Source of the DNA: Campylobacterota bacterium
Lineage (GTDB): Bacteria > Campylobacterota > Campylobacteria > Campylobacterales > Sulfurimonadaceae
Length of the DNA stretch: 21,581 nucleotides
Direction: 5' to 3'
NCBI GenBank assembly: GCA_034661055.1
Contig: JAYEKO010000020.1
Location: 1 to 21,581 of the forward strand
The stretch's first letter is position 1, and each line of letters starts with the position of its first letter. The notes beneath the pieces were generated by a model, which saw only the letters and a program-made list of their open reading frames with translations, had not been told where the DNA came from and did no database searches. Shown here piece by piece: positions 10,032-18,823 of the stretch. A program made the position numbers and the translations under genes.

Positions 10032-10997
10032 TTAGTACTTAATTCCCGTAACGCTACGGACTTTTTCAATAACTTCAGCCGATGCAGCACTCGCTTTACT
10101 TGCACCATGAGCTAAGATTTCACGTACCTCATCTTGATGCGTAGAGTAATGCTCACGCTTTTTACGATACGGAGCATAATAGTCCCAAAGTATTTCAGCC
10201 AAATAGAGTTTAAAATGGCCATGCCCTTCTCCACCTCTTTTGTAACGCTCTTGTAAATCTAAGCACTCATTCTCATTTAGATAAAGTTTTGCAATATTAT
10301 AAACATTACAATTTTCAAACTCTTTAGACTCTTCCATCGCTACGTTTTCAGTCACAATTTTTTTAATCACTTTTTGCTGCTTTTTCTCTTCACCAAAAAT
10401 ATTAACAGTGTTACCGTAACTTTTACTCATCTTAGCCCCATCAACTCCTGGAACAGTCTTCACATTGTCATCGACTCTATATTCTGGAATAACAAAAATA
10501 TCTCCATAAGCGTTATTAAACTTAATGGCAATATCACGCGCCATCTCAACATGCTGAATCTGATCTTTTCCAACAGGAACAATTTGCGAGTTAAACAGTA
10601 AAATATCTGCTGCCATCAACACAGGGTATGAAAAAAGATTATGATTTGAGGCAATACCTCGTGCCGTTTTATCTTTATAGCTATGTCCACGCTCTAGCAG
10701 TCCCATCGGTGTAAATGAAGAGAGCACCCAGTAGAGTTCCAAAACTTCTTTGACATCAGATTGCACCCAAAACGTACTTTTTTGCGGGTCCATTCCCAAT
10801 GCCAAAAAATCCGTTGCGGCTTGCATAGTGAGTTCTGCTAAACGCACTCCATCATCAATAGAGGTCATGGCGTGATAATTGGCAATAAAAGCAAAAATCT
10901 CATGCTCATCTTGCGCATCAATCATCGGTCGAATTGAGCCAAAATAGTTTCCAATGTGTAAATCACCAGAAGGCTGAATACCTGTTAATAGTCTCAA
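10032..10997 (-). CDS. trpS: Tryptophanyl-tRNA synthetase
   Basis: TGIQPSG, HIGN, YPVLMAADIL, VPVGKDQ, KMSKS. Likely start is TTG at 10997 after AAAGGA, rather than 11024. Confidence 0.96.
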   Translation of the reverse strand: MRLLTGIQPSGDLHIGNYFGSIRPMIDAQDEHEIFAFIANYHAMTSIDDGVRLAELTMQAATDFLALGMDPQKSTFWVQSDVKEVLELYWVLSSFTPMGLLERGHSYKDKTARGIASNHNLFSYPVLMAADILLFNSQIVPVGKDQIQHVEMARDIAIKFNNAYGDIFVIPEYRVDDNVKTVPGVDGAKMSKSYGNTVNIFGEEKKQQKVIKKIVTENVAMEESKEFENCNVYNIAKLYLNENECLDLQERYKRGGEGHGHFKLYLAEILWDYYAPYRKKREHYSTHQDEVREILAHGASKASAASAEVIEKVRSVTGIKY

Positions 10998-11096
10998 AAA
11001 AAAATCCTTTAGTAAATTAAGCAAATTATAGCTAAAAAGCCTACTATCTTTTAAGATTAGCTATGTTATATTTGTAAAAATATAAAAGGATACATT

Positions 11097-11450
11097 ATGA
11101 ATACTCAAATTCGTACTAAAGACATAACACTAACGGACCATACTAAAGCACACGTTGATGCTGCAATTGAAAATTTTACAAAATATGGTCTTGAACTTAC
11201 TACTGTAAATACTATCATTCAAAAAGAGAAAAAGGGTGTTAATGTTGAATTTGACATTCGTATTGCCCACAACTCTCCTGTTGTTATTAACCAATCTGAT
11301 GACAACTTAGATGCTGCCATTGATTTAGCAATTGACAGAGCAAACAAAGCACTTCGTCGTCTTCACGACAAAATTGTTACACACCGTGGAAGTGACTCTA
11401 TTAAGAACCTTGAAGTTGAAGGTGATGAACTCGTAGAAGAGACTGTATAG
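11097..11450 (+). CDS. hpf: Ribosome hibernation factor (HPF/RaiA, S30AE family)
   Basis: MNTQIRTKDITLT...DNLDAAIDLAIDRANKALRRLHDK; RBS AAGGA. Confidence 0.85.
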   Translation: MNTQIRTKDITLTDHTKAHVDAAIENFTKYGLELTTVNTIIQKEKKGVNVEFDIRIAHNSPVVINQSDDNLDAAIDLAIDRANKALRRLHDKIVTHRGSDSIKNLEVEGDELVEETV

Positions 11451-11474
11451 ACACCATAATGGAAAAGGTATTAT

Positions 11475-11906
11475 ATGTTTGAATGGATGACATGGTTTCA
11501 CATTATTTCTATGGTTTCATGGTTTGCGGTACTTTTTTATCTACCACGTTTATTTGTCTATCATACGGAACATGCCCAAAAAGGTGAGTTTGTAGAAGTA
11601 GTTAAAATTATGGAATATAAAATTTACATGTATATTGGTGTACCTGCGTTTTGGGCTACTCTGCTCTCAGGTTTAACACTAATTTACCTCTACCCAACCA
11701 ATATCTTTACTACAGGTGGATGGTTTCATACCAAACTACTTTTTGTAGTTATTTTAATTGCATATTTCTTTTCTCTTGGATGGTTTCGTAAAAAGCTATT
11801 GGAAAATGATACGTACAAAAGTGGAAAATTTTTTAGGTTTTATAATGAAGCTCCTACAATTTTAATGCTTATTATTGTTGCAATGGTAATTGTTAAGCCG
11901 TTTTAA
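11475..11906 (+). CDS. hemJ: Protoporphyrinogen IX oxidase HemJ
   Basis: FHIISMVSWFAVLFYLPRLFVYH, WFHTKL, RFYNEAPT. Confidence 0.93.
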   Translation: MFEWMTWFHIISMVSWFAVLFYLPRLFVYHTEHAQKGEFVEVVKIMEYKIYMYIGVPAFWATLLSGLTLIYLYPTNIFTTGGWFHTKLLFVVILIAYFFSLGWFRKKLLENDTYKSGKFFRFYNEAPTILMLIIVAMVIVKPF

Positions 11907-11910
11907 CTTC

Positions 11911-11940
11911 TTTGTTCCCAAGCTCAAGCGTGGGAACAAA
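11911..11940. repeat. REP-like palindrome (copy 1), probably also a bidirectional terminator between hemJ and der
   Basis: tttgttccca-agctcaagcg-tgggaacaaa with perfect 10-bp arms; related to 18236-18261. Confidence 0.7.
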
Positions 11941-11944
11941 AAGC

Positions 11945-13522
11945 CTATTTACGCTTTCGCTCTTTCTTAGCTTTTGCCTTAAACAGTACTGGAACTCCCT
12001 CAAAGTTAAATGCTTCACGCATCTTATTTGTTAAGTAACGTCTGTAGGTAAAATGCAAACCTTTTGGTTTATTCATCACCAATGCAATTTTTGGCGGTCG
12101 GGTCTCATACTGCGTTGCAAAATAGAGACGAATACGCTGTCCATGCATTGAAGGCAGAGTATGTCTGCGCATCGCCATCTCAATGACCTCATTTACTTTA
12201 GAGGTTGGAATTCTTTGAGAGAAATTATCGTTAATCTCTACTAACTTATCAAAAATCTTATTAACACGCTGTTTTGACTGCGCCGAGACGGTAATGATTG
12301 GTGCATAATGTAAAAATTTAAAACGGTCACGCACCTCTTGAATAATTTTGTCATAATCTTCACGCTTGGCAATATCCCACTTATTTAAAATAATCATACA
12401 GCCAAGACGATTCTCATCAATAAGCCCTGCAATCTTCTCATCTAAGTCTAAAAATGGCTCGCTGGCATCGAGTACAAGCAGAGCAATATCAGCACTGTCA
12501 AGCTGTTTTTGAGTACGCATAAGAGCAAATTTCTCAATTCCTAAAATCTTACCACGCTTACGAATCCCTGCGGTATCAACAAAGGTAATTTTTTTATCTT
12601 CATAAGTAAACGTCTCATCAATGGGATCAATCGTTGTTCCTGCAACAGAACTAACTACTGCGCGGTCATCATCAACTAAAGCATTTAGCAGTGAGCTTTT
12701 TCCAACATTAACGCGTCCAATAATAGCCACTTTAAACTCTTGGAGTCTCTTCTCATCCAGATCTACAAGAGCATCATCATCTTCATCGAAAAACTCTTCT
12801 TCACCCTCTTCTTGTTGTGCTGCATAATCTTCATGCGGATAAAAATAGCCATTATCATCTTCTTTAAGATTTTCAGTAGAAAAATCAAAATCTTCTTTAC
12901 CGAGCTCCCCGTCAATTTCAAAATGTTCTACCTCATTTTCTACACTGTTTTGAGCACACTCTTCACTGCTGTCATCAAAACCCTCTTCAACATTCTCTAC
13001 AACATTGCCTTCATCATCAAGTGTAACAATGTCAGAGTCAGGAAGCTGCTCGTTAATCCAAGTCAAAAGGGCATTAACACCACGATTGTGTGAGATTGAA
13101 ATGCCAAAAATATCATCAGTTCCAAACTCATAATACTCCCACAGCTTCTCTTTCATCTTGTCATTATCAATCTTGTTGACAACCAAAGCTACTGTCTTGC
13201 CCATAGTCTCTAGTTCATAAAAGAATTTTTTGTCATCCATCTCTGGCAGACTTTTTCCATCTACCATATACAAAATAATGTCGGCTTCATGAGCCGCTTT
13301 TATAGACTTCTCTTTAATCTTGTCAAAAAGTTCACACCCCTGATCTAGTCCGCCCGTATCAAGAATCTCAACACGTTTGTTAATAATGGTCGCATAACGA
13401 CGCTTAATGTCGCGTGTAGTACCTGCTTGTTCTGATGTAATGGCATCACGCTCTCGTAATATTCTGTTAAAAAAAGAGCTTTTTCCAACATTAGGCTTAC
13501 CGATAATGGCTAGTTTTTTCAT
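11945..13522 (-). CDS. der: Ribosome biogenesis GTPase Der (EngA) with a long acidic inter-domain linker
   Basis: Two G domains (GKPNVGKS/DTGG/NKID and GRVNVGKS/DTAG/NKWD) plus a KH-like C-terminus. Confidence 0.96.
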   Translation of the reverse strand: MKKLAIIGKPNVGKSSFFNRILRERDAITSEQAGTTRDIKRRYATIINKRVEILDTGGLDQGCELFDKIKEKSIKAAHEADIILYMVDGKSLPEMDDKKFFYELETMGKTVALVVNKIDNDKMKEKLWEYYEFGTDDIFGISISHNRGVNALLTWINEQLPDSDIVTLDDEGNVVENVEEGFDDSSEECAQNSVENEVEHFEIDGELGKEDFDFSTENLKEDDNGYFYPHEDYAAQQEEGEEEFFDEDDDALVDLDEKRLQEFKVAIIGRVNVGKSSLLNALVDDDRAVVSSVAGTTIDPIDETFTYEDKKITFVDTAGIRKRGKILGIEKFALMRTQKQLDSADIALLVLDASEPFLDLDEKIAGLIDENRLGCMIILNKWDIAKREDYDKIIQEVRDRFKFLHYAPIITVSAQSKQRVNKIFDKLVEINDNFSQRIPTSKVNEVIEMAMRRHTLPSMHGQRIRLYFATQYETRPPKIALVMNKPKGLHFTYRRYLTNKMREAFNFEGVPVLFKAKAKKERKRK

Positions 13523-13573
13523 AATTTTCTTTGTAAGTAGATATTTTTATTAGTAGAATTATAGCGAGATTAT

Positions 13574-13600
13574 AAAAGTGAGAAATTTCATCTCACTTTT
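13574..13600 (-). terminator. Intrinsic terminator after the lipoprotein operon
   Basis: aaaagtgaga-aatttca-tctcactttt inverted repeat abutting the stop at 13600. Confidence 0.65.
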
Positions 13601-14187
13601 TATTGACTTTGAAACTCTTTTTCTAAAGATTCCAAAGCATTTTTAGACTGAAACTGTTGCCATAGAGCATCACTGTTTTTGTAGCTAGATACTACCTGAT
13701 TTTTAATCTCCTGATTAAGCTCACCTTGAGAGATACTGACTAAAAGATAGATATCACTGTTACTTGGGTTCTCCCAGTATTTAATCTGTTTTGAACCTTT
13801 AAGTGTCACTTTAGCCACCTGCTTTGAGACCTGAGTGGAAACTTTGTCCGCCACTTCATCCCCACCAATTCCGGTAGAACGTGCAAAGGTCTCGACCTTG
13901 TCTTTAACCAATGTCTCTATCTGCTGTGATAAATTTGAACGTCCATTTGCCAAGGCTTCACGACGTGAAAATCCATGTCCAATCTTACTTAGTGGGGCTG
14001 ATCCCACAGCAGTAATATAACCGTCTATATTGCTACTTCCACACGTCCATGTTGGAGCTAATGCTCCAGCTATTCGACATTCAAAATCTTCATTAGCCTC
14101 AACCTCTGGGTCTTTATCGCTACACCCTGTAAAGAGTAATGCACCCGCCATCATTGCTACAACCAAACAATCTCTATATTTTCTCAT
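13600..14187 (-). CDS. LPP20-family lipoprotein
   Basis: Lipobox FTGC; APTWT..., AVGSA..., A.ANGRSNLSQQI pattern typical of LPP20. Confidence 0.75.
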   Translation of the reverse strand: MRKYRDCLVVAMMAGALLFTGCSDKDPEVEANEDFECRIAGALAPTWTCGSSNIDGYITAVGSAPLSKIGHGFSRREALANGRSNLSQQIETLVKDKVETFARSTGIGGDEVADKVSTQVSKQVAKVTLKGSKQIKYWENPSNSDIYLLVSISQGELNQEIKNQVVSSYKNSDALWQQFQSKNALESLEKEFQSQ

Positions 14188-14204
14188 TTCTCTTCCTTCA
14201 ATTT

Positions 14205-15173
14205 TTAATGTCGTTTTTTAATGTAGTCACCTAGACGGACTTCATAACCTGAGTTTACATCATCTTCATCAATAATAATCCACGCATTGTGCTCATGAAT
14301 AATCTCGCTTACAGTACCCTTGGCAATAACAATCTCTTGAATCTTTTTTTCTTGACTAATAGGATTTTCAATATACTGTTTTCGGTAAATACGGACATCA
14401 TTTCCATGATACAGTCCCTCTGCGCCCCCAAGAGTCACTTCAAAAATCTGCTCATCATCATCAACACGCTTACGAAGAATATACCCTTTTGGTGCAAAAA
14501 AGTTCTTAAATTGCCTACGCCCACTTCTAAGTGCACTCTTTCCAGCTTTTTGAATGAGTGCTGCATCAAAACGTTTTTGACGTCGGGCTTCTTCAGAGTA
14601 ACTGTCACTGCCATAAAGTTTAATGGTTTTTAAAATACGCATTGATGGAATCTCATATATATTTAAAATCCCCTCAACAGCAGCAGTGTAAACATAGTAG
14701 GCCGGCTCATAATGGGCTTTGCCCTTTTTGTCATACCAGACATCTTCAGCCACATAGCGTGACGAGAAACTCGCACTGCTAATCTCACCCCTAATCGCAT
14801 AGGATGCAATACGCATATCATCACTGTAAATATCTTTCTCAGAACTTAGTTCTGAAAATTTCACTTCACTGCTTAAGTATGAGTCAATCTCTCTGTCAAT
14901 AACCTCAACACTGCCATCACCAGAGAGTGCATTTAAAAGCGCTGCATTAAGTGTTTGTGCCAAGTTGGCTTCTCTGGCATTTCTAACACTTCCATTTTTC
15001 ATCTTAATGAGAATAACTTTAGTCTTAGCCTCTTTCATCTCACTACTACTTGGCATAACCTCAGTATCTCGCATCGGAGTGGGTGCATACTTATTTAAGT
15101 CACCAATTTTGGCAGCACAGCCACTTAGTATGAATAAGGCAGCAACAGTACCCATAAACAGAAATAGTTTCAA
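14205..15173 (-). CDS. Lipoprotein, possibly CsgG/FlgT-like
   Basis: Lipobox LSGC; VEVIDR motif (CsgG/TolB-N-like); C-terminal beta domain (LGGAEGL..G...RLGD) resembling FlgT-C. Confidence 0.5.
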   Translation of the reverse strand: MKLFLFMGTVAALFILSGCAAKIGDLNKYAPTPMRDTEVMPSSSEMKEAKTKVILIKMKNGSVRNAREANLAQTLNAALLNALSGDGSVEVIDREIDSYLSSEVKFSELSSEKDIYSDDMRIASYAIRGEISSASFSSRYVAEDVWYDKKGKAHYEPAYYVYTAAVEGILNIYEIPSMRILKTIKLYGSDSYSEEARRQKRFDAALIQKAGKSALRSGRRQFKNFFAPKGYILRKRVDDDEQIFEVTLGGAEGLYHGNDVRIYRKQYIENPISQEKKIQEIVIAKGTVSEIIHEHNAWIIIDEDDVNSGYEVRLGDYIKKRH

Positions 15174-15174
15174 C

Positions 15175-16149
15175 TTAAATTCCTAAACTTTCAAAGAGAC
15201 CCTCATTATCAATGCGAGTACTAAATTTTGTCACACAATTGTGGTGTGATTGTGAAAAATCTATTTTAGACTTTCCGACAACAACATAATCTTTTGAAGC
15301 AATAATACTTTTTTGACTATTGCTAAGTTTTACATGTAAAAAACATTTTTCAATATTATAGCCCATAAGTCTCTCTTTTTTAGAATTAAACTTTAACTCA
15401 ACAACTCCATCAGCTCCATCTTGAACAAGTTTAACGCCCATATTCATTAGTGATTTTTGTAGAGCTAACTTAAACATCTGAGATTCCCTAGAGCTTTTTA
15501 CATGTAATTTCAAACTGCTCTTAGATTTCAAATAGGCTTTCTCATACTTAGCAATAGTATTCTCATAGTTACTTAAGTCTCTGCGTGAGTTAATAGCACG
15601 CAGAACCGCAACAGTGGCAATAAGTGTACTTGAAGTATCATGAAATTGTTTTAGTGCAATAAAACGCTCTAGTGAACTTAGAGACTGACTTGCAGTAATA
15701 TCGCGCTCTATTTTTTGCATCTGAGCATCCAGTTTACGTTGATGCTCTGCATAGAGTCTAGCTCTATTGACACTCACAAGCAGATACACTCGCTTCTCAA
15801 TAACCTGTTCTTTAATAATGTCAACTTTACTAAAGCTTATTTTTTTAGCTTGGGTTTTAATGGTATGGCGAATCTCTTGAAGGGTTCTCTCGCTACCATC
15901 ACTACGAACAGCTTGATCACTTTTTTCATAGTTACTTTGGAGTGTTACACTTAAGTTACTTGAAATAGACGCAAGTGCATCCACTTTTGCCGACTTAAAA
16001 CTAGCTCCATCACCTACACCGTAAAGTGTAGTAGCAGTGTCACGCGGTGGTGTGTAATACCACGACTCAATCTTAGGCTTGGTAGTGCCTATACATCCTG
16101 AAATCAAAAGGGTTAATAGCAGTGTTAAAAAAGTCTGTTTCATTTTCAT
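15175..16149 (-). CDS. LPP20-domain lipoprotein
   Basis: Lipobox ISGC; SWY..P..LYGVG.G...AK..AL..IS pattern. Confidence 0.7.
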   Translation of the reverse strand: MKMKQTFLTLLLTLLISGCIGTTKPKIESWYYTPPRDTATTLYGVGDGASFKSAKVDALASISSNLSVTLQSNYEKSDQAVRSDGSERTLQEIRHTIKTQAKKISFSKVDIIKEQVIEKRVYLLVSVNRARLYAEHQRKLDAQMQKIERDITASQSLSSLERFIALKQFHDTSSTLIATVAVLRAINSRRDLSNYENTIAKYEKAYLKSKSSLKLHVKSSRESQMFKLALQKSLMNMGVKLVQDGADGVVELKFNSKKERLMGYNIEKCFLHVKLSNSQKSIIASKDYVVVGKSKIDFSQSHHNCVTKFSTRIDNEGLFESLGI

Positions 16150-16187
16150 AAGATGGATTCTAGTATAACTCTACTATAATTTCTCTT

Positions 16188-16760
16188 ATGTATTATTATG
16201 ATTACCAAGAATTCAGAGATGACACTTTAGCCTTAGCACAGCAATGTCGCTCATTTGAACCCGACACTATTTTAGGAATTGCTCGCGGTGGGTTAATGCT
16301 CTCTCAGATATTAGCCTATGCATTAAAAATTCGTAACCTGCAAAGTATTCGTGTCGAAAGCTATGATGAACAACATAAACGTGACACGCTAAATCTACAT
16401 GTAGATTGTGATTTAAATGGTTGTGAAAGGGTCCTTGTCGTTGATGACATTGTTGACAGCGGTGACACCTTAAAGCAGGTACTGAGTTCTTTGCAAACGC
16501 TTTACCCCGACATTACTTTTAAATCAGCTTCTCTTTTTTATAAACCTACCGCTAGCATTCAAAGTGACTATAAGCTAAAAGAGGCGACCGAATGGATTGA
16601 GTTTTTTTGGGAAAAAGACTTCGTACTACCTAATAGTATTATCAGTGATGCTTTTCGTGAGGACAGTGAAGACTTAAGAGCATTTGATGAAAGAAAAAAT
16701 GAAAAGAGTATTAGTTTTGAATCTTTATTAAAACAGTTAGAAACTGATGGCAAATTATAA
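16188..16760 (+). CDS. Type I phosphoribosyltransferase (Gpt/Hpt-like) with an antitoxin-like C-terminal extension
   Basis: IARGG, VLVVDDIVDSGDT (PRPP-binding), WIEFFWE. About 45 extra residues follow (EDSEDLRAFDERKNEKSISFESLLKQLETDGKL). TATAAT at 16175-16180 lies 7 nt before the ATG. Confidence 0.85.
   Translation: MYYYDYQEFRDDTLALAQQCRSFEPDTILGIARGGLMLSQILAYALKIRNLQSIRVESYDEQHKRDTLNLHVDCDLNGCERVLVVDDIVDSGDTLKQVLSSLQTLYPDITFKSASLFYKPTASIQSDYKLKEATEWIEFFWEKDFVLPNSIISDAFREDSEDLRAFDERKNEKSISFESLLKQLETDGKL
16596..16618 (+). repeat. 23-bp direct repeat, left copy (attgagtttttttgggaaaaaga)
   Basis: Identical to 17016-17038. Confidence 0.95.
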
Positions 16761-17010
16761 AATAGAGATTAAAAAATCTGCCGCTAAAGAGATTTCTAAA
16801 CTTCCTCAAAAAGTGTTAGTTCGGATTGTAGAGCAGATTCAGCTCTTATCTGAAACACCAAGACCTCATGGCTGTAAAAAACTTAGTGGAGATGAAAAAT
16901 ACCGTGTTCGAGTTGGTAACTACAGAATACTTTATACCATAGAGGACAATATATTAACACTCTACATTGTTAAAGTAGGTCATCGAAAAAATATCTATGA
17001 GATGCTATAA
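16747..17010 (+). CDS. relE: RelE/ParE-family type II toxin (RelE/StbE-like)
   Basis: YKIEIKKSAAKEI...PRPHGCKKLSG...YRVRVGNYRILYTI...KVGHRKNIY. Confidence 0.9.
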   Translation: MANYKIEIKKSAAKEISKLPQKVLVRIVEQIQLLSETPRPHGCKKLSGDEKYRVRVGNYRILYTIEDNILTLYIVKVGHRKNIYEML

Positions 17011-17015
17011 ATAGA

Positions 17016-17038
17016 ATTGAGTTTTTTTGGGAAAAAGA
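17016..17038 (+). repeat. 23-bp direct repeat, right copy; continues as an orphan PRT 3' end (IEFFWEKDFS-stop)
   Basis: att gag ttt ttt tgg gaa aaa gat ttt tca tag. Confidence 0.9.
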
Positions 17039-17086
17039 TTTTTCATAGTTTATGATATAATTAATCTCAATAAAAGATGAGGTAAA

Positions 17087-17296
17087 ATGATGAAAACAGT
17101 AATTTTAGACGTTCAAGACAATAAGCTTGACTTTATTTTGAGTATGCTAAAAAATTTAAAGGAAGATGTCATTCAAAGTTATCATATAGAAACCAAAAAT
17201 AATGAAACATCTGACTTTGTAAGACTATCGAATAAATCACTTGAGAAGGCTTGGAACAATAAAGAAGATGAGATTTATGACCAATTCCTTAAGTAA
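17087..17296 (+). CDS. Small putative antitoxin upstream of the PemK/MazF-like toxin
   Basis: 69 aa ending SLEKAWNNKEDEIYDQFL and overlapping the toxin start. Own TGaTATAAT (17053-17061) and GAGG RBS. Confidence 0.6.
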   Translation: MMKTVILDVQDNKLDFILSMLKNLKEDVIQSYHIETKNNETSDFVRLSNKSLEKAWNNKEDEIYDQFLK

Positions 17297-17614
17297 ATTT
17301 GATGTTTTGTTGTTAAGTTTCCATTTGCAAGTAGCTTAAAGTACAAAGCACGTCCTGCTGTCATTATCTCATCTGATACATTAAACTCAGATGGTAGAGA
17401 GGTTCTGCTTATTCTAGCAATCTCTAGTCAAGTATCTTCTAAACTCCTATTTGAACCTATAATATCTGATTGGAAAAGTTGTGGACTACTAAAACAGTCT
17501 CTCTTCAAAGCTTCTGTTGCAACTATTGAAAATAGCTCAGTTCTTTCAAAACTAGGTACTTTGAGCCTTAATGATCAGAAAAAACTCAATAACTTTCTTG
17601 AAACCATCTGCTAA
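17277..17614 (+). pseudogene. PemK/MazF-family toxin with an apparent 1-nt frameshift near codon 10
   Basis: ATG 17277 reads MTNSLSKFDV and then leaves the frame. The frame from 17309 reads VVKFPFASSLKYKARPAVIISS...LAISSQ...DWKSCGLLKQS...GTLSLNDQKKL...TIC-stop at 17614. Confidence 0.8.
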
Positions 17615-17826
17615 CTTCTCATATTTTTACGTACAAGACAAGATGCTGGGACATTGGTTAAATTTTGCCACGCAAAATTAAAGCTGTGTCCCACCTTAGC
17701 ACAACACCAAACCGCTAAACCCCAAAAACTAACAAAAATCTTTAATCTACCTCTAAGCCAAACAGGCGTACACTGCTTTTTAAGGTTACAAGCGTAACTG
17801 AATTTTAATTACTCAAGGAGTAAGAC

Positions 17827-18207
17827 ATGAAACGTTCAGGTTTTACTATGATCGAATTGATCTTTGTTATTGTTATTTTAGGTATTTTGGCAGCGGTGGC
17901 GCTTCCTAAATTTATTGGTGTTTCTGAGCAAGCAGAGGCTGGTAACTGTAAGTCTGCTGTTGGTACGCTAAACAGAACAATCGGGCCGACATTATGGGCA
18001 CAATCTATAGCATCTGGAAGCGGTGGAGCAATTGATGCTACAGATATTGCAGCTATAGGTTCAACGCATTTTCCTGATTATAATACTACAAAATGTGGTG
18101 TAATTCCACATGAAAACGGCACAGGGACTGCTGGTACTTACGGAAGCGTTACAATGGATAATGACGGAAATGCAACAACTGCTCCAGTTTGGTCGTACAA
18201 TCCATAA
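17827..18207 (+). CDS. Type IV pilin / pseudopilin (major-pilin-like)
   Basis: Class III signal MKRSG|FTMIELIFVIVILGILAAVALP, two Cys, strong RBS AAGGAG. Confidence 0.88.
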   Translation: MKRSGFTMIELIFVIVILGILAAVALPKFIGVSEQAEAGNCKSAVGTLNRTIGPTLWAQSIASGSGGAIDATDIAAIGSTHFPDYNTTKCGVIPHENGTGTAGTYGSVTMDNDGNATTAPVWSYNP

Positions 18208-18235
18208 TTAAAAGAATATCTAATCGTTTTTTACT

Positions 18236-18261
18236 CATTCCCAAGCTCCAGCTTGGGAATG
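18236..18261. repeat. REP-like palindrome (copy 2)
   Basis: cattcccaagc-tcca-gcttgggaatg with perfect 11-bp arms. Confidence 0.75.
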
Positions 18262-18330
18262 CAGACACAGCAGTTATCTTAAAAGTATCTCTAAAAGATA
18301 CCTTTAAAATAGCTACTTCAAGGCAACACA

Positions 18331-18795
18331 ATGAAACTCCGAAACGCTTTTACCATTACTGAACTTATCTTTGTTATTGTGGTCATAGGTATTTTAGCTG
18401 CCATTGCACTTCCTAAAGTAGGTAGCTCTGTTATTTCAGCTCAAATTTCCAGCGCCAAAGCAGATGTCATGGCTCTTCGTTCTTCCATTTTAAATGAACG
18501 TCAGAAACGTCTGATGAGAGGCAGCAATAGCTTTATCTCCACATTAAGCACAGGGGGCACTGGAAATGGTCAAAGTCTCTTTGACGGAGATGGCACAAGC
18601 AAACTCTTTACCTATGCAAAAATTTCTTCCAACACTTCAGGAAAATGGGTCAAAGGCGGAACAATGGCCTCTGGTGGTACCGAAGCTTACACATTTACTG
18701 TTGACAGCACTCCTGTCTACTTTACCTATTTTCAAAGCAATGGCACTTTTACCTGCGTACGATCTGCTGATTACTGTAAAGAGATAACTGAGTAA
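18331..18795 (+). CDS. Type IV pilin / type II secretion pseudopilin-like protein
   Basis: MKLRNA|FTITELIFVIVVIGILAAIALP; C-terminal Cys pair (FTCVRSADYC). Confidence 0.85.
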   Translation: MKLRNAFTITELIFVIVVIGILAAIALPKVGSSVISAQISSAKADVMALRSSILNERQKRLMRGSNSFISTLSTGGTGNGQSLFDGDGTSKLFTYAKISSNTSGKWVKGGTMASGGTEAYTFTVDSTPVYFTYFQSNGTFTCVRSADYCKEITE

Positions 18796-18823
18796 CATAA
18801 CTCCCTCCTCCTTGTTTGTGAAA

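Noticed and set aside
10996..11004. T9 tract (minus strand) between the trpS RBS and start as a phase-variation switch
   Set aside because: Short A/T runs are common in this AT-rich DNA and trpS is essential; there is no evidence of variation.
1331..15954. Short antisense or overlapping ORFs in the track (1331, 3066, 6095, 7018, 7591, 7661, 7669, 10374, 12621, 12740, 13835, 14030, 14289, 14965, 15715)
   Set aside because: They lie within or opposite well-supported genes and show no recognisable motifs; treated as shadow ORFs.
17760..17780. Possible sigma54 promoter for the pilin gene (aggcgtacactgct)
   Set aside because: GG-to-GC spacing is 8 nt instead of the required 10.
16568..18787. ORFs 16568-16753(-), 18149-18331(-) and 18566-18787(+)
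   Set aside because: They overlap the PRT and pilin genes or REP DNA in other frames, with no coding hallmarks.
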